In this document: positions 22,206 to 33,694 of the stretch, piece after piece
How the letters are laid out: each line of letters begins with the position of its first letter
How positions within the stretch are numbered: position 1 is the first letter of the stretch
NCBI GenBank assembly: GCA_963845755.1
Contig: CAWJTV010000034.1
Coordinates: forward strand, 128,001-192,000
DNA: 64,000 nucleotides
Source: an uncultured Planctomycetota bacterium
GTDB taxonomy: Bacteria; Planctomycetota; Planctomycetia; Isosphaerales; Isosphaeraceae
Reading direction: 5' to 3'
Position numbers and translations under genes: made by a program
Notes under the pieces: generated by a model
Databases searched by the model: none
Seen by the model: only the letters and a program-made list of their open reading frames with translations
Told to the model about the DNA's origin: nothing

Positions 22206-25200
22206 TTCAGGCGCCGCAACGCGGCCCGGGCATCGCGAGTCTCGCGTGCACCATCGAGCCTCGTCACCATCCGTTCCAGCAATCGACGTGCTTCGAGCGT
22301 ACCGAGCTTCTCCAGCACGGAGATCGCCCGCAGGCGCCGCAATGTCTCCCCCTTGGCGATCGGCCCCAGCGACGTGTCCTTCTTTGGGTCGTTCTCCTGG
22401 ATGGGCTCGAGCCGTTCGGCCAGGAACGGCACGGCTCGCTCGGGGTCCGCCGCCAAGGCCCAGATTGAGCGATAGGCCTTGGCAGCATCGGCACCGGCCA
22501 GGTCGGACCAGGCCTGGCCTAAATCCAGTGGTGCAGAAGGCGCGGCCGGCGCAGTGCGAGCCAGTTTCGCGGTGTCCCAGATCAGCACAGTGCCATCATC
22601 ACTGGCCGAGGCCAGCCAACGGCCATCGCGCGAGAAGGCGAGCTTGTTGATGTTGTTGCGGTGCCCAACAAGTTTGCAACTCAGGACTAGTGCGGACAGG
22701 TCCCAGATGCGCACAGAATGATCCATGTTCGATTCATCCCAACGTCCGCCCGAGGCCAGCCAACGGCCGTCGCTCGAGAAGGCCAGCGAATGGATTGGGC
22801 AAGGATGCGACTTCAACCTGGCAACCTCCTGACCGCTTGCCATTTCCCAGAGCTGGATCGAATTGTCCTGTCCTGGTTCTCCGCCCTTGGCGATGACATC
22901 GTCACCGAACCCCAGAAGACGCTCATCCGGTGAAATGCTGATCTCCTCATACACGTACTGAGGGGGCTTGGCGACGATGCCAAGGAATCGCGCACGGTCA
23001 TCGGCATCCCGTGCCTGGACGCCGCACCAAGTCGCGAAGAGGAGGGTCCTGCCATCCGACAAGAATCGCGCGGGGCGTGTATAACTTCCTTCGTCCTTTT
23101 CGTCTTCGCGCGTCGGGAATTCAGCTTGAACGGTCCCCGTCGCGATATCGATTAGGCTCTGCCCGACGATCAAGGTTCGGCCGTCGGGCGAGACCGCAAC
23201 AAGGTCTAACCCACGTCGGTATTCTTTGTATCGGCGGACCTCGCTGCCTGCGGCGACATCCCAGAGTCGGCAAACCTGGCCATATGTGACCAACCGCTTT
23301 CCATCCGGCGTGAAGATCATGCCCTCCACGTCCTCGAACCGACCGGAACCACACTTGCCTATGAGGCGCGGGCGGACCGTCGCGGGATTCCACTCCCGGA
23401 TGGCGCCAAGAAAGTCGCCAGTCACCAGAGTCTTCCCATCCGGTGAAATCGCCATCGCCCGGATCGGGCAGCATGGTGTCTCGCTCGGGAGGAGTTCCGC
23501 GCCATCGGCGATGTTCCAGAGACGGATGGCGTTCTCGTATCCGCATGAAGCGAGCCGCTGGCCATCGGGCGAGAAGGCAACATCGAGAACATAATAGGGA
23601 TTCCCATCGATTCGACGAATCAAGCTCCCAGTCTCCACATTCCAGAGTGAGATGGGGGATCTTTCGGCAGGAGGTTGGCCACGGTCCGCCTCCCTTATCT
23701 GGACATAACCACCGGACGCGAGCAACGCGCCCTCGGGCGAGAACCTCAGACACGTCAGCTCGCCTTTGGTGTCGATCCGGCGCACCTCGCGGCCGGTCGT
23801 CAGATCTAGGAATCGGATCGAGCCGTCGGAGATGCATACCGCGATCCGTCGGCCATCAGGCGAGGCTGCCACGAAGACGACATGCGCCTCCTTGATTGGA
23901 AATCGCCAGCGTTCCTGTCCTGTGGCGACATCGAACGACGCGACCGAATCCGCCGATATCGGCTTGACGTTCGGGTCTGCGTCGAACGGCGAGGCTCCAG
24001 CCGGTAACTCCTTCGGCTGCTCCTCCCGTGGCGGGTAATCCGTATCGTCTCCCCCGGTGATGAGAGTCCGCCCGTCGGCCGCGAACGCGATCGCATCGGT
24101 GTTCCCGCGATGGGCCTTGATTCGCCGGAGAACCTTCCTTGATCGAGGCTCCCACAGGATGATTTCTCCTGATGCTCCTTCCGTGACGCGGATGTAGGAA
24201 CCGACCGCGATCGTCCGGCCGTCGGGGGAGAAAGCCATTGACCATACGCGGCCCTCGAACCGATCGCTCCGGCTCAACTCGCGGCCGGATTCCACATCGA
24301 AGAGGATGATTCTTCCTTCGTTTGCCAGAGTCTCTCCGGCAGCCATCACCTTGCCGTCGGGCGAGAAGGCCATGCTCATGTGGAGGTCCCGGGGTTGACC
24401 GAGTTGACGGACCTCCCGACCCGTCCCGGGATCCCACAGACGAATCACCCCATTTCCCGAGGAGGCCAGGAACTTCCCGTCCGAAGAGAAAGCCACATGA
24501 TCGACCATCGCACCATGATTGAGCCTCAAGGTTCCGAGCCTTGTGGCGGCGCCGGCGGGGAGCGGATTGCCATCGGCGTCGGTACGATCCGAATCGGCCG
24601 GTTTCGGAGCTGGCCGGGCGGCCACGCCGACGGCGTGGGTCGGAGGATCTTCAGGCGGAGCCGATCTCCGCAGCGAGAACGCGGTCAGGACCACGCCACC
24701 AATTCCCAGTGACACGACGAGGAGGGTCAACACGACTCGGCGCAATCCTCGAGGCCAGTAAGCCTCGCGGAATCGACCCGGTCAGCGCGGCGACGGTCGT
24801 CGTGACGGAACCCTTCGAAATGGTAGCCGTCACCGCCTCGATCAGCGCGGGTGTCAACATCGCCGCCGAAGACAGCCCCGAATCCAGCACGCTCGTTGCC
24901 AATGCAGGCGCGACTCCGCGCCGGACCAGCCGTGTACGGAGCAAGTCGCGAGCGCGAGCCAGGTAGCCGCGCACCGTGCCGACCGGCCAGTGGAGCGAAG
25001 CAGCGGCCCGGTCGTGCGTCAAACCTTCGAAATAGCACAGCACGATCGCCGCACGGTACTTCTCGGGAAGCCGGGCGACCTCCTCGTGCAAGACCCGATA
25101 TTCATCGTGGTCGAAGGAGGTGGGATGTTCGACTTGGCCGATCGTTGCAGCTCGATCGGCCGCACGGCGTTCTCGTGCCTGGCGGCGCCGTCTGGCAATC

Positions 25201-25534
25201 CGAGCCTTGTGCGCCGTGCGGCAGGCGACTTGATGGAGCCAGGGGCCGAGTGATCCACTCGGATGGGCGCAATCGCGCCGGCGCGGCGGGCCAGCACCAT
25301 GAAGGTTGCCTGGAAGGCGTCCTGAGCGTCATCGTGGTTACCCAGCAGTCGGCGGCAGACCTCCAGCACCATCGGACCGTGCCGGCGGACGATCGTCTCG
25401 AAGGCCAGGTTGGATTCGTCCCGCGCCGTGATGAACCGCGAGAGCAACTGATCGTCGCTCCAGCCCGCGACGGTTCCCTCGGTGTACAAGTGATCGACGT
25501 CCCGAATCACCGTCTTCCACAACCCGCGCACCAT
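22202..25534 (-). CDS. ECF sigma-70 factor with TM segment and C-terminal WD40 repeats; frameshifts near 25265 and 24745
   Basis: sigma2 RRHGPMV..DAQDAFQATF..LARRAG / SLGPWL, sigma4 LPEKYRAAIVLCYFEGLT..WPVGTV, then hydrophobic stretch and many AFSPDG..LAS..WD repeats. Confidence 0.85.
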
Positions 25535-25647
25535 GGCCGGTCCTCCGCTCGGTTCGAGGCGGTCTTTTTCCCTCCATGATGACTATGCCCGCAGGGGCAT
25601 GGATCAATACAAGACTTTGGCGGGTTTCTCCGTCTGAATAGCTTGCC

Positions 25648-27039
25648 CTACGTGTGACGCGCAAGCTTCTTGTCATCCACGGTCTTCTCGGGGTTGATGA
25701 GACTCCAGAAGATCATTCCGATCACGGCGATGAGCACGTAAGCATAGAGCGACGGATCCCACTGGGCTCGGCCGGTGTAGCCCAGACCTTTCCTCCAGTC
25801 GGCGAAGCGGCCGATGAGAATCTGAGAGCCCAGGCGGCCGAATCCTCCGAGCATGTTCATCATTCCGAATAACGCCCCGATGTGCCGGCCGCTGACTCGG
25901 GTTGCGGTGGCCCACCAGGCAGCAAGCTGGAGCTGGACGAAAAAGGCGGCCAGCGCGACGAAGACCGAAGCCATCACCGTCGAATCGGTCCAGATGCTGG
26001 CCAGGATGCCGAGACCGCCGAATCCCGCGCCGGTCACGGCCTGCGCGGTGCGCCCCCATCGGAGACTGCCGGTCCTCTGCACGAGCCAGTCCGTCAGCCA
26101 GCCGCCGGAAAACGTGCCTAATGCCCCGGCGCCCAGCACCAGGCTCGCCAGCCGGCCGGACAGGTCCGGTGATGCCCCTCGCGCCTCCTGCAAGTAGGTC
26201 GGATACCACGACGACAGGATTTCATACGTCGCCGACATGGTCACCATGGTGCCGCTCAGCAGCCAGATGTTCGCGCACGGGACCACGCGATCCCACGGAA
26301 TCGGTCCGTGGGCAATCCCCTTGTCGACGATCGGTTCGCCCGGCAGAGCGTCGTCATCGATCGGCATCGGCGGGGAGGCGTTCTGGCCCTCGGCGATCAG
26401 GGCGCACTCGGCCTTATTGGTGGACGGGTGCTCGGAGGGATGGTCGTGGAACCAGGCGTAAAAAGCGATCGCCCAGAAGACGCCCAGCACGGCAAACACG
26501 GCGAATGTCCATCGCCAGCCGACCCAGTCGATCAGCCACTGCGAGGTCATCGGCGCAGCCGCACCGCCGATCATCATCGCAGTGGTGACGAAGCCTTGCG
26601 CGCGGCCACGCGACGCTTCGGGAAACCACTGGCGCAGCACCCGGGCCGAGTTCGGCAACGCCCCCGCCTCGCCCGCCCCGAACAGGAAACGGATGATGAC
26701 CAGCGTCACGAAGCCCCACGCAGCACCGGTCAGCGCGGTGAAGATCGACCACCAGACGACGATCCGGGTCAGGACGCCACGCGAGCCATACCGATCGCCC
26801 CACCAACCGGCCGGGATCTCGAAGATGGCGTACGCGATCGTGAACGCTCCGAAGATGATCCCCTTCTGTGTCTCGCTGATGCCCAGCTCCTCCTTGATGC
26901 GCGGCGCCGCCTGGTTGATGCAGGCACGATCCAGGTACAGAACAAACGTCATCGCCGCGAGGAAGGCGAGGACCATGTAACGCACCCGAGTCGGGGATTC
27001 GGATGGGACCTCCAGCGGAAAGGCCTCGGCGTCAGTCAC
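25648..27039 (-). CDS. MFS transporter (ACS/sugar-acid type)
   Basis: YLDRACI, GWWGDRYGSR, RFLFGAGEAG, WFP..RGRAQG; about 12 TM segments. Confidence 0.9.
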   Translation of the reverse strand: MTDAEAFPLEVPSESPTRVRYMVLAFLAAMTFVLYLDRACINQAAPRIKEELGISETQKGIIFGAFTIAYAIFEIPAGWWGDRYGSRGVLTRIVVWWSIFTALTGAAWGFVTLVIIRFLFGAGEAGALPNSARVLRQWFPEASRGRAQGFVTTAMMIGGAAAPMTSQWLIDWVGWRWTFAVFAVLGVFWAIAFYAWFHDHPSEHPSTNKAECALIAEGQNASPPMPIDDDALPGEPIVDKGIAHGPIPWDRVVPCANIWLLSGTMVTMSATYEILSSWYPTYLQEARGASPDLSGRLASLVLGAGALGTFSGGWLTDWLVQRTGSLRWGRTAQAVTGAGFGGLGILASIWTDSTVMASVFVALAAFFVQLQLAAWWATATRVSGRHIGALFGMMNMLGGFGRLGSQILIGRFADWRKGLGYTGRAQWDPSLYAYVLIAVIGMIFWSLINPEKTVDDKKLARHT

Positions 27040-27094
27040 TCACTGTCTCCGAATGAAGTTGTGATGATCTAGGCTAATCACGCAGAAAACGGTT

Positions 27095-28138
27095 CTACTT
27101 GCCAAGCTGCGACCTGGCCTTGGCCATGACGCTCTCGATCATCACGGGCTTGCCGCCCTGCCGTTTACTCTCATCGGCGGCTTCCATGAAAGCGAAAATC
27201 TCGATCGTCTCATCGGCGGCGACCGGCGGCGTTCCCGTCCTGAAGAACTTGACGATCTCGACCACCAGGGGCTCATAACCGCCGTAGTCACCGAGTGTGG
27301 CGTTCCCCTTGGTCCCGAGGACGGTCCCACCGTACTTGTAAGGGCCCTTGCGCATGCCACGGAACGTACCCACGCGGCCGTTTTCCCAGATTCCGACGAC
27401 CACCTCTGTACTATCGGTCTGGGTGCGCGAGACCGACCGACAGCCCGTACCCATGATGGTGTAGAGGGTCTCGACCCCGTGGACGCCGTACCAGAACAAA
27501 TCAGGGTGATGCTCTTCCAGCGAGCAAGGGCCGAAGGTGTCGCAGCCGAGGACGTCGCCCACCTTGGGATCGTGTCGCCTGGCGGCGATCCCGGGGCTGA
27601 ATCGGAGTGAGGAGCTGGAGAAGCACGGCGTCCCTGACTCTCGGGCCAGGTCGAAGATGGCAATCGTGTCGGCCAGCGACCCGGCAACCGGCTTGTCGAT
27701 GAAGACCGGCTTGCGCGCTTTGAAGACCGGCCGCGCCTGTTCGAGGTGCGGGCGGCCGTCGACGCTCTCCAGCAAGACGACGTCCACTTTCGAGAGCAGG
27801 TCGTCGATCGAGCCGACGATCTCGACGCCGAACTCCTTGTGCAGCTTCGCGGAAAATCCGGCGACGCGGTCGCGGCTGGACGGAATATCCGGGCTCCCAC
27901 CAGGATAGGCTGCGACGACGCGCACGCCCGCCACCTCGGACTTCGGGCTCGAGGCATTCAAGAGCTTGGTAAACGCCTCCACGTGCGAGGTGTCCAGGCC
28001 AATGATACCGGCCCGGAGCGGTTTCGCTTGCGGCGGGTCGTCCCCAACTGCCGCCTCGCCAGCCGTGGCGCACGCCGGCGCGAGGATCCCCGCAATCAAC
28101 AACAGGAACGCGCCAACCTCGACCATGCGACACAACAC
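27095..28138 (-). CDS. Gfo/Idh/MocA family oxidoreductase with signal peptide
   Basis: GIIGLDTSH, SVDGRPH, FIDKPVA, WYGVHGVE. Confidence 0.85.
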   Translation of the reverse strand: MLCRMVEVGAFLLLIAGILAPACATAGEAAVGDDPPQAKPLRAGIIGLDTSHVEAFTKLLNASSPKSEVAGVRVVAAYPGGSPDIPSSRDRVAGFSAKLHKEFGVEIVGSIDDLLSKVDVVLLESVDGRPHLEQARPVFKARKPVFIDKPVAGSLADTIAIFDLARESGTPCFSSSSLRFSPGIAARRHDPKVGDVLGCDTFGPCSLEEHHPDLFWYGVHGVETLYTIMGTGCRSVSRTQTDSTEVVVGIWENGRVGTFRGMRKGPYKYGGTVLGTKGNATLGDYGGYEPLVVEIVKFFRTGTPPVAADETIEIFAFMEAADESKRQGGKPVMIESVMAKARSQLGK

Positions 28139-28365
28139 GGGAAGACCCTCATCAAGCCGGATTCTCGATCCCCAACGCCCGTCCTTCGATCATCATCGGC
28201 CCTGACAGCCGGTGATGCAACGCCCTGGCTCTCGATGCGCTCGGAATCTCCCCCGCGCCTGGATTGTTCGAGGGACTTCTCTCGATCTAAGATGGTTCGT
28301 GCTCGGGTAACGTTGCGCGGCATATTGACAGGTTCGGGAATCGTGTCGGTGTGGAGTCACGACTC

Positions 28366-30294
28366 ATGGCTGATTGGTCTCGAGGCTGGCTGCTCGTCTC
28401 GGCCGGACTCTTCCTCGGCGGGCTGGGAGGCCTCCCCGGTGCCAGGGCTGGTGAGGGCCCGACTCTTCAACTCGAGATCGATGCGCGCGACCTGCCGCGC
28501 CGATTGATGCACTCGCGGATCGAGGTCCCGTGCCGGCCAGGAAAGCTCGCGCTGTGGTATCCCAAGTGGGTGCCGGGCACGCATTCGCCTTGTGGTCCCG
28601 TGCAAGACGTTGCGGGGCTTCGCCTCGAGACGCCCGAAGGGAAGGTGGTTCCCTGGCGTCGCGACGAGACCGATCCCTACCGTGTCGAGTGCGAGGTGCC
28701 GTCCGGTGTGAGTTCGATCGCAGTCCGGCTCGACACGATCTGCAACGAGGCCGCCGTCAGCGCCGCGGGCTACCTCACGTTCGGCAACGAGTCGGTTGGA
28801 ATCATCAACTGGAGCACCTGCTTGATGTATCCCGAAGGTCCCTCCGCCGACGACACGCGCGTGGCACTAACCCTCCGGCTGCCGCCCACCTGGAGCTTCG
28901 CGTCCGCACTCGAGCCCGATTCCGGGGGAAGCGGTCCGGCCAGCGGCAAGCCCATCAAGTTCCGGACCGTCTCGCTCACCGAGCTGGTCAACAATCCGAT
29001 GATCGCCGGCGAGTACATGCGGACCATCCCGCTCGATACCGGCAAGAACCCGCCGGCCTTCCTGGATCTGGCATCGGAGTCGGCCGCCGCGCTCCAGGTC
29101 CGGCCGGAGGTGGTGGCGATCTACAGTCGGGTGGTCCAGCAGGCTGGTGCCATGTTCGGCACCTGCCATTATCCGTCGTTCCACTTCCTGGTGACGTGCA
29201 GCGATCGTCTCGGCTACCTGGGTCTGGAGCACCTGGCGTGCAGCATCAACGGCGTTCACGAGCGCGACCTGATCGAACCGGGGCGGCTTCGCGGTTGGGT
29301 CGCGAATCTGTTGCCCCATGAATACGTCCATTCCTGGTGCGGGAAATACCGGCGCCCCGCGGGGATGTGCACGTCGGATTTCCAGACGCCTCAGAAGACC
29401 CGATTGCTCTGGGTCTACGAGGGGCTGACGGAATACCTCGGCGAGCTCCTGATGGTCCGTTCCGGCATGATCGACGCGGCGGAATACCGGCGGACGCTGA
29501 CGGCGACCATCGGCTCGCTGTCGCACCGCGAAGGCCGACGATGGCGCTCGCTCGAAGACACCGCGGTGGCCTCACACTTGCTCCGTGGCGGCAGTCCGAA
29601 CTGGATCGAGCTCCGGCGCGAGCAGGATTATTACTTCGAAGGGGCGCTCATCTGGCTCGAGGCGGATACCATCATCCGCGAGCGATCCCACGGCAAGAAG
29701 AGCCTCGATGACTTCTGCAGGGAGTTCCTGGGCGGCCCACCGACGACCGCCCACGTCGCTCCCTACGAACTCTCCGACGTGGTCCACGTACTCCGGGAGC
29801 TGGCCGACTTCGACTGGGACACGTTCTTCCTCAAGCGCACGACACAACCCCTGGACGCGCTGCCGCTGGAGGTCGTGGGCCGTTGCGGGTATCGCCTGGG
29901 ATATGCCACCCATCCTCCGGGAACTGCCAGCGGCATCAGTCGAAGGGGCGGGGGCGGGGTCTCAGCCCGCGATTCGCTCGGCCTCAGTTTCGACGGCGAG
30001 GGCCGGGTGGTTGATGTCGTCCCCGGCATGATCGGCGACCGGTCGGGCCTGGCGCCGGGCATGAAGGTCATCGGCGTGAACAGCAAGACCTTCAGCGCAC
30101 AACGGCTCCTCGACGCCCTGGCCGACAGCGTCGCCCGCCGCAAGATCGAGCTCCTCCTGATCGAAGGCGAGAATTTCCGCACCATCGTCCTGGACTACGG
30201 GGACGGACCGCGCTATCTCGAGCTGGTCCGCGACCCCGCGAAGCCCGATGTCCTGGCGGAAATCCTCAAACCCATCGCGGGACGGGCTCATTGA
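28366..30294 (+). CDS. M61 glycyl aminopeptidase family with PDZ domain
   Basis: PKWVPGTH, GLEH, HEYVHSWCGKYRRP, LWVYEGLTEY, C-terminal GLAPGMKVIGVN. Confidence 0.9.
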   Translation: MADWSRGWLLVSAGLFLGGLGGLPGARAGEGPTLQLEIDARDLPRRLMHSRIEVPCRPGKLALWYPKWVPGTHSPCGPVQDVAGLRLETPEGKVVPWRRDETDPYRVECEVPSGVSSIAVRLDTICNEAAVSAAGYLTFGNESVGIINWSTCLMYPEGPSADDTRVALTLRLPPTWSFASALEPDSGGSGPASGKPIKFRTVSLTELVNNPMIAGEYMRTIPLDTGKNPPAFLDLASESAAALQVRPEVVAIYSRVVQQAGAMFGTCHYPSFHFLVTCSDRLGYLGLEHLACSINGVHERDLIEPGRLRGWVANLLPHEYVHSWCGKYRRPAGMCTSDFQTPQKTRLLWVYEGLTEYLGELLMVRSGMIDAAEYRRTLTATIGSLSHREGRRWRSLEDTAVASHLLRGGSPNWIELRREQDYYFEGALIWLEADTIIRERSHGKKSLDDFCREFLGGPPTTAHVAPYELSDVVHVLRELADFDWDTFFLKRTTQPLDALPLEVVGRCGYRLGYATHPPGTASGISRRGGGGVSARDSLGLSFDGEGRVVDVVPGMIGDRSGLAPGMKVIGVNSKTFSAQRLLDALADSVARRKIELLLIEGENFRTIVLDYGDGPRYLELVRDPAKPDVLAEILKPIAGRAH

Positions 30295-30363
30295 TCGAAT
30301 CGCTGGGACAACCGATATTCCGAAATCCGACACGTACGAGGTGGCCAGACCGGCCAAGTCTCC

Positions 30364-31518
30364 ATGACAAGGATCGTGATGACCGGACGGAGATGGCTGC
30401 CGTGTGTTGCTTGGGCCATGGTCTGGATCGGCGCAGTCTGGCCGGCCCTGGAAGAGGCTAGCTCTTCCGAAACCGACCCTGCCGCAAGCTTTCCTCTAGC
30501 ACCGCCCGCCGCGCAGAAGGGCTCGCTCCCTGCTGCGCCCAAGGGATATCTCTGCTACCGCTCTGCGGGACCGATCCAGGTCGACGGCCGGCTCGACGAA
30601 GCCGCCTGGCAAACAGCTCCCTGGACCGACCCGTTTGTCAACATCGAAGGGGACGTCAAACCGAAGCCGCGGTTCCAGACCCGCGTCAAGATGCTCTGGG
30701 ACGACCAGTTCTTCTATGTCGGCGCCCTGCTGGAAGAGCCGCACGCCTGGGCAACTCTCACCAAGCACGACGCGGTGATCTTCCAGGACAACGACTTCGA
30801 GATCTTCATCGACCCGGACGGCGATAACCACGAGTATTACGAGATCGAGATCAACGCGCTGAACACGGAATGGGACCTGTTCCTGAGAAAGCCATACCGG
30901 GACGGAGGGCCGGCCCTCAACGAATGGGAGATCTCCGGATTGCAGACCGCCGTCCACGTGGACGGAACGCTCAACAACGCGAGCGACACGGACACGGCGT
31001 GGTCCGTCGAGTTCGCCATCCCCTGGAACGTACTCGGGGAGTCCGCCCATCGTCCTGCACCGCCGCGCGACGGCGACCAGTGGCGCGTGAATTTCTCCCG
31101 GGTCGAATGGCAACACCAGATCGTGGACGGCCGGGACCGCAAGGTCCCGAATACCAAGGAGGATAACTGGGTGTGGTCGCCGCAGGGCGCGATCGACATG
31201 CATCGACCCGAGCGTTGGGGATATGTTCAGTTCTCGACGGCCTCACCCGGCCAGGCGAGCTACCGGCCCGACCCCGCGGGGCCAATCCGCGACCGCTTGA
31301 TGCAGATCTATCAGGCTCAGCGCGCTTTCCACGAAAAAAACAACCGCTGGGCCGCAAAAGTCGAGGACCTCATACTCTCCGACTCAACCGGACTGCCCCA
31401 GCATACGACGAGCCTTCGGCCGACGGCCGACGGCTACGAGGCGTCCATCACCTTCACGCCGAGCGGCGGAACGCCGCAGACCTGGACGATCCGTCAGGAT
31501 TCGCGGATCAGCCACTGA
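30364..31518 (+). CDS. Carbohydrate-binding family 9-like secreted protein
   Basis: VDGRLDE.AW, MLWDD, DNDFEIFIDP, YEIEINA, WRVNFSR, WSPQG.IDMH.PERWG. Confidence 0.82.
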   Translation: MTRIVMTGRRWLPCVAWAMVWIGAVWPALEEASSSETDPAASFPLAPPAAQKGSLPAAPKGYLCYRSAGPIQVDGRLDEAAWQTAPWTDPFVNIEGDVKPKPRFQTRVKMLWDDQFFYVGALLEEPHAWATLTKHDAVIFQDNDFEIFIDPDGDNHEYYEIEINALNTEWDLFLRKPYRDGGPALNEWEISGLQTAVHVDGTLNNASDTDTAWSVEFAIPWNVLGESAHRPAPPRDGDQWRVNFSRVEWQHQIVDGRDRKVPNTKEDNWVWSPQGAIDMHRPERWGYVQFSTASPGQASYRPDPAGPIRDRLMQIYQAQRAFHEKNNRWAAKVEDLILSDSTGLPQHTTSLRPTADGYEASITFTPSGGTPQTWTIRQDSRISH

Positions 31519-31993
31519 ACGACTCGGCCAGCCGGCGATAGCCTCCGGCAAAATACAGGAGTGGCTCGCCACCCTGATACTCGCCCGCAACGAGCTCGCC
31601 GACGAAGATATCGTGATCGCCGCCTGGCAGAATGTCGTGAACCCGGCAGTCGAGGAATGCGAGGCAACCGGCCAGGATCGGCGCGCCGGTCGCCGCCGTC
31701 GTGACGTTGAGGTCGGAGAAATCCTTGGGTCCCGGAGTGGCAAATCGAGCCGAGACGTCCTGCTGCTCGAGACGGAGGATGTTTACCGCGAAGCAGCGGT
31801 TCTTCTTCAAGTAGTCGAGCGTCGCGGCGCGTTTATCGACGGCGACCAGCACGAGAGGCGGGTCGAGCGATAGCGAGGCTACGGCGTTGGCCGTGAGGCC
31901 GTGGCTGCCCGCTTCGCCATCGGTCGTCACCACGGTGACACCCGTGGCGAAGTGGCCCATGATCTTCCGCTGCATCTTCGAGTCGAACGCCAT
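31508..31993 (-). CDS. Flavin reductase family protein
   Basis: FATGVTVVT, SLSLDPPL, GGDHDIFVG, PLLYF.GGY. Confidence 0.92.
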   Translation of the reverse strand: MAFDSKMQRKIMGHFATGVTVVTTDGEAGSHGLTANAVASLSLDPPLVLVAVDKRAATLDYLKKNRCFAVNILRLEQQDVSARFATPGPKDFSDLNVTTAATGAPILAGCLAFLDCRVHDILPGGDHDIFVGELVAGEYQGGEPLLYFAGGYRRLAESFSG

Positions 31994-32149
31994 GGAAGGT
32001 CTCGCTTCGTGGCTCTGGCCATCGGGAGTATTGTCATCGCGGCTCGAGTCCGGTCGTTGTCATTGTACGCGAACGCCCCGGCCGGCAATACCCGACGGAC
32101 GCGCCGAGACCGCTCTGGTGATCGCGTACTCGAGCGAGATCGGCCAAGC

Positions 32150-33559
32150 TCAGTTCGACCTGGCTCGAACCGTGGCCACGACCTGGTGTGCCGCCTTCAC
32201 GACGATCGACTCGATATCGTCGGCGAGCGGGGCGGGCCAGGTGCTGCCGTAGAACGCCTCGCCCGCCTCGTAGCCGCCTTCCTTCAACACGCGCACCGAC
32301 GGGATGTAGCCGACCACGTCATTCGCGTAGGCGGCGACCCAGAGGGTCTTCCCCTCGCCGCCAAGCTCCCGTTGAAGGCGGATCGCGTAGTCCACGACCA
32401 CCTCGCCGGAGAGGGCCACGATCGTCAACTGGTCGCCCAGGGCGATGGCTTGCGCGGCATAATACGGGTACTCGGAGCGGATCGGCCGGCCCTGATCGAT
32501 GGACTCGACCATCCGCTGAGCGTGCCTCCGCAAGCCCTGGTTGGGATCCTTCAGCAGCTTCTCGTACGAGGCTCGGTCCGTGGGCCCGCCGAACCGGATC
32601 GTGGTCTCCGTGAAGGCCGTGCGCATGGTCCCGGTCAGGTCCTTGTACCAGGTGGGATGATCGAGGACGAACTTGACGGCCGCGGCCAGCTCCTCGCCGT
32701 GATCCTTGGCCATCTCGAGCGTCCCGAACGGGTGAGGATCGGCGTCCCCCGCGCAGCCGGTGACGAACAGGGCGACAGCTCCGGGGAAATCGGTTTCAAT
32801 GCGGTCCTGGGCGAATCCCGCGAAATCCGCGGCGATCTTCATCATGTCGGGACGGAGGGTCGTGTTGTGACAAGCATAGCCAAAGACGATGGCCAGCGGC
32901 TTGCCTTCCGATTTCTGCACGCGAAGGATCGGCACGCTCTCATCCACCGGCCCGGCGGGATTCTTCCCGAGCCGGATCCCCCGAGGTGTCGGCTCACGTC
33001 GATTGAGCGCGAAATGCGCGCGGCCGATGCCATACGACAGGCTGACGGGCTCCATCTTGCCGAGTGCCTCGCCGACCGCGGCGACGATCTTGTCCTCCAA
33101 CTCGCGGGTGTATGCGATGTTGTTCTCAAATCCGTCGCGCCCGGGGCGATCGGACCGGGCGGGATCGGGCGGCTCCGCGGGCGCCGGACCGGCATGGTTG
33201 TGCGAGGCAAACAGCACGATGTTCTCGCTCGGGATGTCGTACTTGGCCTTGATCCGGTCTTTCACGCGCAGGGTAAACGGCCGGCGAAACGCGATGATGT
33301 CGCAGGTAACGAGGACGACGCGGTTACCCTGTGCATCGGACAGTGCGAGCGCCTTGGCCACCAGGGGATGGGCCACGCCCTGCGAGGGCGATGTCCGCGA
33401 CGCATAGCCCGCCATCCGGACCGGAGCGGTCGGCGTGGTATCCACCCGCGCCACCCCGGCCTTCCAGCCCGTGGACGGCTCGGCCGCGTCGAGCGAGCCA
33501 AAGCCGATGAGGATGATCCCAATGCTCCAACAGCCCAGCCTTGTGACGATTCCAGGCAT
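32150..33559 (-). CDS. Neutral/alkaline ceramidase-like secreted hydrolase
   Basis: AGVARVDTTP, MAGYASR, ASHNHAGP, YACHNT, GCAGDADP, GEVVV, GYIPS..EGGYE; AGGAG RBS. Confidence 0.8.
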   Translation of the reverse strand: MPGIVTRLGCWSIGIILIGFGSLDAAEPSTGWKAGVARVDTTPTAPVRMAGYASRTSPSQGVAHPLVAKALALSDAQGNRVVLVTCDIIAFRRPFTLRVKDRIKAKYDIPSENIVLFASHNHAGPAPAEPPDPARSDRPGRDGFENNIAYTRELEDKIVAAVGEALGKMEPVSLSYGIGRAHFALNRREPTPRGIRLGKNPAGPVDESVPILRVQKSEGKPLAIVFGYACHNTTLRPDMMKIAADFAGFAQDRIETDFPGAVALFVTGCAGDADPHPFGTLEMAKDHGEELAAAVKFVLDHPTWYKDLTGTMRTAFTETTIRFGGPTDRASYEKLLKDPNQGLRRHAQRMVESIDQGRPIRSEYPYYAAQAIALGDQLTIVALSGEVVVDYAIRLQRELGGEGKTLWVAAYANDVVGYIPSVRVLKEGGYEAGEAFYGSTWPAPLADDIESIVVKAAHQVVATVRARSN

Positions 33560-33694
33560 CTCCTCGTCTCCTGATTTGATCGATGCATTCCCATCACGAC
33601 CGAGTTCATGTCGCGCGTGACGATCTCCTCGGATGCCGTGAACCGAGGGGGACGGCACGGCAGGGAAATCTCCAATGGTCGATGTCCTACCCGA

